A program made the translations under genes and the position numbers. Positions 55,901 to 64,000 of a stretch of DNA of 64,000 nt are shown here, piece by piece (the first letter of the stretch is position 1; each line of letters begins with the position of its first letter). Source of the stretch: Emiliania huxleyi CCMP1516 (Eukaryota). The stretch lies in NCBI RefSeq assembly GCF_000372725.1, contig NW_005201421.1, forward strand, positions 186,001 to 250,000, read 5' to 3'. Under the pieces are notes generated by a model. It saw only the letters and a list, made by a program, of their open reading frames with translations. It searched no databases and was not told the origin of the DNA.

Positions 55901-56835
55901 CTACGACGATGCGCGGAACGATGGCGCCGGACACGGCAGCGCTTCGGGCGGCAGAGACGGGCAGTGGCTCTCGACAAAGGCGTGGCAGGCGTGGGACACG
56001 TGTACCAAGGCGTACTCGACGCAGAGGTAGCCGTCGCACACGCCCCAGCCGTTCCGCTCCTTGTGGAAGATGTAGAAGCCCGCCGCGTTTGCAGTGTCAA
56101 AGAACTCGCGCAACTGGTTGGGGAAGCCGCGGATCCGCTTCCGCTCGGCGCGGTCCCCGCGCTCTTCAGACTTCGTGATTGACACTGGCGCGTGCAGCTC
56201 CACCTGAATCTGGCCCACCGTGAGGTTGCCGGCGCGCAAGTCGCCAAAGACGCGCGTCAACGCATCCCATTCGCACCCCTCGCAGTCCACCTTGAGCAGA
56301 TCAATGTGCCTCCCCGTATGACCGAGTTTCGCCTGGATCTGGCCCAGGGTGAGTGCGTTTTCCGACGTCGACTCCCCGCCGCGCAAGGCGAGCGCATGTA
56401 TCTTCGAGTACGCGCCGCCGCCGTACGGCTGGATCTCGTCCGGCGCAGGGTCGAAGGTGTGCATCTCACAGTTGGGCGCCGCCGCTTTGAGTCCCTGCTC
56501 GAAGCCCCAGTCGCCGCCGCTGCCTATCGAGTGAAGTGCCGAGGAGTTTGCCGGCACTGGCGAGGGCGGGAGCACACTCGTGGCAACCACACACAACCGA
56601 CGCTATACACCAGGCAGTCCTTCCGATTGCCCAGGACAGCAGGGCCACAGACAAACTTTGGCCCATCGCCGAAAGGAAGGTGTTCGGGTGGCACCCCGGC
56701 TCGTTTGATCCTGGCCCCGTCACCAGTCCCCACCCTCTCCTCGCTCTCGCATGCCTGGGGGGCAGATGCCACGGCTGAAGCATGCCTTGGGCACCCAAGC
56801 ATGTTCAGTGCAGCGGCCAGCGCGCCGCGCCCCAC
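55901..56835 (-). CDS. SAM-dependent methyltransferase, METTL24/FkbM-like; 5' end unresolved
   Basis: GDGPKFVC...DCLVYSVG/SGGDWGFE...CEMHTFDP; LGHTGRHIDLLKVDCEGCEW; QIQVELH; GFYIFHKERN. Confidence 0.85.
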
Positions 56836-56861
56836 GCGCGTATAAAATCAAAATGGGTCGT

Positions 56862-56950
56862 ACATGCACATGCACATGCACATCATGCACATGCACATGC
56901 ACATGCACATGCACATGCACATGCACATGCACATGCACACATGCACATGC
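56862..56950. repeat. (CACATG)n hexanucleotide microsatellite
   Basis: About 14 units. Confidence 0.95.
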
Positions 56951-57408
56951 GATGTACTGTGTAAAAGATGGATCTTACTACAAGACGAAAGTCAAATTTA
57001 CAGGTACCCAAGTACTCACCACTCAACAGCAGAGCACATGTCCTCGCGTGTTGTCTCGCACGCCTCGTCTCACACCTCATCTAGATCTGCCACTGGTGCA
57101 TGAACCAAAGGTGTCTCTAGTCTCACACATCTCGTGTGCGTCTCGCGTCTTGTCTTGTGCATCTCGTCTCGTTTTGTGTGTGTGTGGTTGCAGGCCTTCA
57201 AGCTCGGCTGTGGGCATTACACCCTACTGCAATCTGGTTCCTTCAGTTGCTGCACGGCGAACACGTGCACGCTTCAGCTGGTCCTTCAACGTGTCATCAC
57301 TGCCTCCGACTTCACTCAGGAGCCGCTTGCGTGCGCCGCACACCTGGGAATCCTTCGGGGGCGCCGGCGTTTCACCGGATTCGTGCGCACGCTTTGGCAT
57401 CGCACCTG

Positions 57409-58293
57409 CTACTCGGTGTAGTGCAGGCACGAGGGCTCGTAGTGGCGCGTCCACTCGCCAAAGAGCTGGCCCTTCTTAAACTTCTCCGCGACGCGAGCGG
57501 CGGGGACGGGGCGCTCGTGGACAATGTCGGAGCGCATGATGTACTTGGTGCCCTTCTGCGGCGCCTCACCCTCATGCTGCACCATGTGGTCGTTAACGAG
57601 TGCCATGCCAGTCACTGGCTTGATGGCGAGGTCCGCCTCGGTGAAATCGACATCGCGAATGAAGCGGCAGTGGCCCTTGCTGTCGGTGGTCGCATACTGG
57701 GTCCAGAACTTGGTCCGCCCATCGGCAAACTCGTCGTTCAGGTAGATGAGCACCGTCAGAAAGGTCATCTGCTCATAGTGCTCGCCCGTCGCCGGGTCAA
57801 CCCGGAAGCGCGACATGCGATAGTCGTCGTGCTTCAGCACAAATTGTCCCGGGTCGTATTTGTAGAAGCGCAGGTGCGGGTTGCACCCGACGGCACTGTA
57901 CTCGTCGCCTCGCGTGGCCTGGTTGGGCATGTATGGCACGGGCTTGATCCCGTGCAGGTCGGCCGGCACAGCCGTCTTGACGCGATCCCAGAGCAGATTG
58001 GCGAGCTTCTGATTGTCGACGACACGGAACTGCGAGGTGCGGGCGCCAGTCGTTGCCACCTGTCCATGCCCGCCACCCGACTTGGCGGACGGCTTGAAGC
58101 CCGCATCCTCCGCCTCGGCGATGAGAGCAGCACACTCCTCGGTTGTGAAAGCACCAGGTAGAGTCAAGATGCGCCCAGGCGCATGAGTGACGACGCCGAC
58201 CATGTTGGACGCGCGGGTGAAGTCTGACGGGTCCAGGACAGGTTCTGTCGCGACCGAAGGAAGGAAGAGCTCGGCTGACAACTCGGCTTTCAC
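57409..58293 (-). CDS. 2-oxoglutarate/Fe(II)-dependent dioxygenase (P4H-like fold); start uncertain
   Basis: FTTEECAALI, LRFYKYDPGQFVLKHDD (HxD), TFLTVLIYLN..F.DG.T.F, QHEGEAPQKGTKYIMRSD (distal His and basic residues). Confidence 0.9.
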   Translation of the reverse strand: MKAELSAELFLPSVATEPVLDPSDFTRASNMVGVVTHAPGRILTLPGAFTTEECAALIAEAEDAGFKPSAKSGGGHGQVATTGARTSQFRVVDNQKLANLLWDRVKTAVPADLHGIKPVPYMPNQATRGDEYSAVGCNPHLRFYKYDPGQFVLKHDDYRMSRFRVDPATGEHYEQMTFLTVLIYLNDEFADGRTKFWTQYATTDSKGHCRFIRDVDFTEADLAIKPVTGMALVNDHMVQHEGEAPQKGTKYIMRSDIVHERPVPAARVAEKFKKGQLFGEWTRHYEPSCLHYTE

Positions 58294-58795
58294 CGCATCC
58301 GATTCATGTTGGCTTTGTTCGCGGCCGTGTCCAACGAAGGATCAAGGGCTCGCTGGGACCCATTGGCTGCCGTTCTGAACTCGGGGTGGAGTTTGTACGT
58401 GTTCGTACTGTTGTCTGTGTCGCCCTGTGTAGCAGAGGGAGAGTGAAGAGTGTCTATCTCCTGGAGCACAGAGCGTCCCCAGTGGCAGTGCACCAGTCCC
58501 TCACGCCCTCGTCTCTCAACGGTGCGGCTCCAGAGAGGAGGTCTCGTCTACGAGTGTCAATTTTAGTATGCTGATACAATGGATGGAAAGGAGAGCCTAG
58601 CGCAGTATTGCAGTGCGCATGATCATGTCCGGGACGCTGTGACACACTTCTCTTTCTCACACATTACACACGCTGGTCCGAGCTTCGCTTGCTCGGCCTC
58701 CACGCCGCACTCGTCGAACAGCGCTCTTGCAGAAGCGTGGTGTGCAACGCAGGAGTGCAGACACACCACCACCACACGCGCCGCGGGAGGAGCCG

Positions 58796-60401
58796 CTAGA
58801 GCCCCTTGTTGTACTCGACGAACTCGATCGGCCTCCTCTGCTTATCCTTCAGGCCCTGGAACTGCTCCTCGAGCGCCGAGACGGCCACCGTGTCGCGCTG
58901 CGGCCACACAGCCATCGCGAGCGGGACAAAGAGCCAGATGCAGGCGAAGGTGACGCCTATCCACAGCGGTTTGCAGGTGAGAAGAGACGCCGCTCACAGC
59001 GGGACGACGAGCCCTGGCGCAGGCGAAGGTGGCGCCGAGGTCGACGGCCATCGCGCCCGTCGGGCTGGCGGAGATGGCAGAAGGGAGCGCGGAGAGGGCG
59101 CCTCCCGACAGCACGGGCGTCACCGTGAGCAGCAGGAACGTCCAGAGGATGCGCGCCTGAGAGAAGGGCCCGAGCGCGGAGGTCTTTGGGGCTGGTCCTC
59201 TCTGCGTCGAGAGGAGCGGGACGTCTGTGGCCCCCGCAGTGCCTAGTACGGCGCGCGCACACCTCGGAGCACTTTGTGAGCGCGAGGACTCCCGCCGCCT
59301 TGGAGATGCCGAGCTCCATCCCGTCGGTGGAGTACACAGGTACTCCGTCCAGCTCCGCCCTCCTGCAGCCGGCGGGAGAGGGGGAAAGGGGGGGGGGGGG
59401 GGGGGGGTCGGCAGTCGCGCCTCGAGCCTCCTCCGCACGACGGGCGTCGCCTCGTGAGGACGAGGTTGAGGACGGCGCTCAGAGCAACGCCCAACATCGG
59501 CACCGTCAGCCGGACGATGCCGCCGCCCGCCCGCTTGCCGAGGGCCGTCCCGCCGACGCCGATGGCGAGAGCGGCGCCGGTGGCGGCGACGTAGGCGGTG
59601 GCGAGCGACTGGATGTCGCCCTCGCCGGAGGAGCGGTTGCACCAGTTGACGCCCGCGTTGTACGACTGGTTGAGCCACTGGAAGAAGGCCGCCTACGCCT
59701 CGCGCCGTGGACGCGTCGATGAAGCGCCCTTGTGACATGGCGGCAGCCGACCGCCAGAAGACGCAAGCCGACGCGAGCGACGCGTCCGGCCGCAGCAGGC
59801 CGGCGCAGATGACGAGGTTGGCGTACCTGCGGGGGCGGCGCGGACGGACGTGAGGGGCAGAGGCGGCAGGCGCGCCTCTGACGGCCACGCGGAAGCCAAC
59901 GGGAGCGGCGCACGCGAAGAACGAGAAGCGGAAAGGCGCAGGCACCATCTCGCCCGTCTCGCCGCGCGTGGTGGCCGTCACGACCTTGTCGGCTCGCCAG
60001 AGCTCGGCGTCGGTCGCACCGGTCTTCTCGCCCTTTGCGTGCCTTCTGAGCAAGTCACGGTGCGCCTCCAGCTCGGCGGCGCTCGTCCACAGCGTGGTGG
60101 GGTCGCCCAGCACATTCAGAAAGTGCAGCGCTCGGCCGCCATACGTGGACATGTCGAACCGCGACGCGCCGCTCCCGAACGGCGGAGGGTTCGTCAGCTG
60201 CTCCATCAGAGGCCGCGGTCCTGTAGACGGCGACTTGTCGACGCCAACCGCGTCGCAGCTCTCTGAAATGCGGCGAGCATCCGCGCCGAGGCACTCGGTC
60301 TGAGAGGCGGCGAGACCAGCCGCGGCGCAGCCGGCGCCGAGCCTAGCCGCGCGAGAGAGAGCGAATGCACGCAGCGCCCGTCCCGTCAGAGAGAGCGACA
60401 T
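58796..60401 (-). CDS. SFXN: Sideroflexin (mitochondrial carrier), multi-exon
   Basis: SRFDMSTYGGRALHF...DP, ELWRA, ETGEMVPAPFRFS, FFQWLNQSYNAGVNWCNR, R.AEL.GVPV, LAMAVWPQ, C-terminal YNKGL stop. Confidence 0.92.
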
Positions 60402-60699
60402 GTCGGCTGCTGCCGCTCTCGCCTCGCTGCCGCAATCGTCCGTCCGCGTCCGGGCAAAAAAATAAATTCGCGCGTGTAGAGTGCTCCAAGAAATTAGGCC
60501 AGTGCTCTTTTTTAAGTGAACTCGGTCGGGGGACACAGGACGCGGCAGGCACGCACGGGGCACAAACGCCAGGCTGCTACAGAGTGAGTCAGGCAAGAGA
60601 CAGGGAGGCACGTAGTAAGGACCTCGCACGTCACTGATTTGCGCGCACGCCATCACAGAGGAGGACCACAAACGGCGGTTGCTGGTGCAGATCGCCGAC

Positions 60700-61932
60700 A
60701 TGGCGCAGGCCCTCCCCGTCAAGTTCAAGAACCTATGCAACCGCACGGTCGGCGTGTGGCAGGACCGGTCGGGCGACAGGGAGTCGATGCATCAGCTGAA
60801 GCCGGGCGCGACGTACGCCATAAACACGCGGCCGGGCCTGCGCTTCTGCGTCGCGCTAGACGAGGGCGGCGGCGGGGGTGCTGGCTGCGAGCGACCGCTC
60901 GCCGTCTTCACCATCACGCAGGGCCGCTACCTCTACGCCTACGATCCCCGCGAGAAGGACGAGGCCACAGAGCTCCCAGAGCCGGAGGAGCCGGTGGGCG
61001 CCGCGGACGCGTCGGTGCTAGCGGCCTGGCTTGAGGAGAGGCGGCAGGCTGCCGCCTACTTTGAGACAACGGGCCGGCACTGGATGGCGCATCCAGGGCG
61101 GGTATCGCCACAGCTGCCCATGCGGGCGGCGGAGCGAGTCGGCGACGAGCTCGAGGTGCGCACGTCGGAGACGCCTTCGCGCTCACTGCAGCTCACGGTG
61201 GTGTCCACCGCGCCGCGGGTCTTTGTCGTCAAGAACTTTCTGTCGGCGGAGGAGGCGAGCAAGCTCATCGAGCTGGGCCGCGACCGCATCGAGCGCTCAT
61301 CGCAGCGTGGGCGCGTCTCGTCGTCGCGCACCTCGAGCAACGCGTGGCTCTCGCGAGGCTCTGCGCCGGTCACCGAGGCGCCCCGGCGGGGGCGCGGCAG
61401 CGGGGGAGGGGGGCAAGGGCACACACGCACACCTTTTGTGCCGCAGGTGCTCTTTCGGCGCGCGGCCGACGTGCTCGGCATCGACGAGGCGCGCATCTCC
61501 GACGACAGCAGCAGCTCCGGCCTCTGCGAGCCGATCCAGCTCGTGCACTATGCTCCGGGACAAAAGTACGACGCGTCCACCGCCGAGAGGGCGCGCTGAT
61601 GACACGTCCGTGACCTGCCCATGGCGGGTCTCAGGTACGATGCGCACTACGACTGGAGCGAAGCGGAGCCCAACTCGCGCTTCGCCACGCTGCTGCTCTA
61701 CCTCAACGAGCCCGAGCTGGGCGGTAGCACCGCGTTCCCCACCACCGTGCACACGATGGAGGAGCCCCTCGCGCTACATCCCGGCGCGGGCGGCGCTGTA
61801 CTCTTCTACAACCATCTCCCCGACGGCAACGCGGACGTCAACTCGCTGCACGCTGCGCTGCCGGTGGTGCGAGGAGAGAAGTGGCTCGCCAACTTTTGGG
61901 TGTGGGACCCCGTCCGCGGCCAGGTCGCGTGA
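60700..61932 (+). CDS. Prolyl 4-hydroxylase alpha-like 2OG oxygenase with N-terminal VHL-beta-like domain (at least 3 exons)
   Basis: PRVFVVKNFLSAEEA, SRTSSNAWL, EPIQLVHYAPGQK/YDAHYD, RFATLLLYLN...GGSTAFP, GAVLFYN, SLHAALPVVRGEKWLANFW; introns ~61378-61446 and 61566-61634. Confidence 0.9.
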
Positions 61933-62198
61933 GCTCTGTGGTTTGGTTATCCCCCCTGGCCACATGAGTCTATCCCGCGGCCGCGCGCTCTCGATCCGCG
62001 CGCGCGGTCCACGTCTGTTGCGGGCCAGTCTCTCAATGCACAATAGCTTAGCCGGGGTGCGCGTTCGTTCACACTTTTCACGCCGAAATATGTATGTAAC
62101 ACTAGTGAGAGGACTCAACTTTGGTGGGGAGAGCCGGTGTGTGTGGCCGTGGACGGCAAATCGTGGAGTTGCGAGTCACGCTCGGGCGGACAGCATCG

Positions 62199-63675
62199 AT
62201 GCCGTCGCCGCGTCGCCGGACGCGGCGGCGAGGCACACGGGCGCCGGCGTGGCGCGTCGGCAGGCCCACCACGAGCGGATGCGCGACGAGCGCGCTCGGG
62301 AAGCGGCCGCGGGCGACGCGGAGCTTCCGCCGGAGGACGACGCGGTCGAGATGGCGAGCGCCGCCCACGTGCTGGACAGCGTGGCGGACGTGGGCCCGAT
62401 AAAGCCGCTACCAATGAAAATCCCGGCGCCGTCGCGCCCACAGTACTCGCTCCCTCTCGCTCCACCGCCGCCGGCGAGCACAGACCCGCAGCCCGGGGCC
62501 ACGCGGCCGGGCGCCACGGTGATGGCGGCCTCACGGCCGTTCATCGATCCCGACGAGGACATCGCGGCCCTCCTTGAGCGGGCGCACGTTTCTGCGCCCG
62601 TCTCCGACAAGGTGGTGCCGCAGCTGCTGGCCCAGGATGTCGGCAACGTCGCAGCGCTGCTCGAGGCGGTCGCCGAGGACGGCCTCGAGGGGCTCGGCCT
62701 CGGCAAGGTCGTGCAACGTCAGCTGTGCCGCTGCCTGCCGGCCCTGGGAAGCTGCGACGCGGCTGCGACAGCTTTGTCATCCTTTGCCTCCCTGTCTCCG
62801 GTCGGGCCCCCGCTTGGGGCTGCGGCTGGCGGGCAGGCGGGCAGCAGGGCGATGGCCGGCGGCGATGGTGCTGCTGGCGAGCGCTGGCGGCGGCGGCGGT
62901 ACGGACGCGGCCGAGGGTGCCGCGCATGCCGCAGACGGGCATGCGACTGCCGCAGCCGGGCTAAGCGGCCCCCGCGGCGGAGATGGGACGCGCTCCGCTA
63001 GCGAGGAGCACGACGGCGGGGCGGCGGCTGGCGGCGAGGGCCGCGGCGGCGCGCGGCCCCAAAGAGGCGGACAGCGGCGCCTGCAGTGCTTCGGATTCTA
63101 CATACAGCGGCGCGGACGCGGAGGAGGCGGTGGCAGGAGGGGGCTCTGGGGCGGCGGAGGCGAGCGCGGCGGCCACGGCCGAGGAGGACAAGCGCGTCCG
63201 GGCGCTGAGGATGGCCCTGCAGCACAAGACGCAGATGCCCGTGACGGACGAGGAGGCCCGGGCTATCCTCCAGGCGCGAGGGGGTCGCGAGATGCCAGTG
63301 ACGGAGGAGGAGTCGCGGGCCATCTTTCGGGCGCGGGGGCACGTCGGGCGCAGCAGGGCTTCCTTTCAGGCGCGGGCGCGCGGGCGGCGCGGCGGGCGCG
63401 CCACGGCATCGCCGGCGCTGGCGAGCAAGGGCGGCGAGAAGCTGTCGCGGCGTGGGAAGAAGGCGGTGGCGAAGGAGGCGGGCGAGGTGGCATCACGCGA
63501 GGAAGGCGAGGCGATTTATCGCGCGACGCTCGAGTCGCTGTTGGCGTCCACCGGGTGGACACCGGACGTGAATACGACGAAGGCGACGACGCTTTCGACG
63601 CGCTCTACGACGGGGGCTCGGGGTACGGGTGGGATTCCTCTTCGGGGGGCGGCGCCTTCTTCTAGGCGCCCTTGA
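62199..63675 (+). other. Hypothetical coding region with possible SAM-like segment; frames discontinuous (introns or pseudogene)
   Basis: IAALLERAHV...LLAQDVGNVAALLEAVAEDGLEGLGLGKVVQRQL; duplicated MPVT(D/E)EE.RAI motif at ~63235 and ~63292. Confidence 0.35.
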
Positions 63676-64000
63676 CCCAACATAGAGGTAGCCTAGCTTT
63701 TGGTTGTAATAAAATCCTCATCCACACACATGCATGCATGCACACACGCGCGGCATTCCGCACAGCCTCTCGGCGTCGCCCGACTTGCCGGCCCGCGAGG
63801 CACGGACGAGAGCACGTGTGTGGGGTCGACGGTCGTCTCGGAAGCTGCTCCCCTCATGGGCCAAGTGGCACCAATGCCTACTTTCCCCCCCCTCTCGGCT
63901 TCAAGATTGATGTCAATCAACACAACCCCGGGCGGGCCCAAGACGCATAAGTAAGAGAGCTTCGAAGGGAGAGACAGCAATGCCTTCAACTCCGAAAAAA

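Noticed and set aside
56862..56950. His-rich (MH/HA/HV)n ORFs suggesting a metal-binding peptide
   Set aside because: Translation of a (CACATG)n microsatellite
1..64000. tRNA, rRNA or intact transposase/RT/recombinase genes
   Set aside because: None recognised by eye; covariance-model and HMM scans would be needed to exclude them

Overview
GC-rich, intron-containing eukaryotic DNA from a draft assembly with three N-gaps (34567-34880, 36281-36501, 51586-51684). Gene content, GC/GA splice donors, 10-11-bp intronic satellites and AP2-like repeats suggest a haptophyte alga such as Emiliania/Gephyrocapsa huxleyi (inference). About 25 genes are recognisable: SLBP, TBC+rhodanese, GST, tandem PAS/LOV-like, START/SRPBCC, Tudor-AP2-SAM, MFS, Nudix, His-phosphatase, DnaJ-Trx, TspO, NhaC, LYRM5, METTL24-like, two 2OG oxygenases, sideroflexin and others. 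Main structural signals: (1) at least 14 spliceosomal introns, mostly 64-79 nt, begin with a 10-33-nt copy of the start of the downstream exon, followed by unrelated filler ending in AG, which points to a recurrent duplication/insertion route of intron creation that would also explain GC and GA donors; (2) a 5.5-kb non-coding element with split direct repeats (A-BA-B) and an 8x379-bp array, the architecture of tyrosine-recombinase retroelements; (3) nested TIR transposons with intact target-site duplications at 660-2770. All protein calls are motif recognition by eye; no searches were run.
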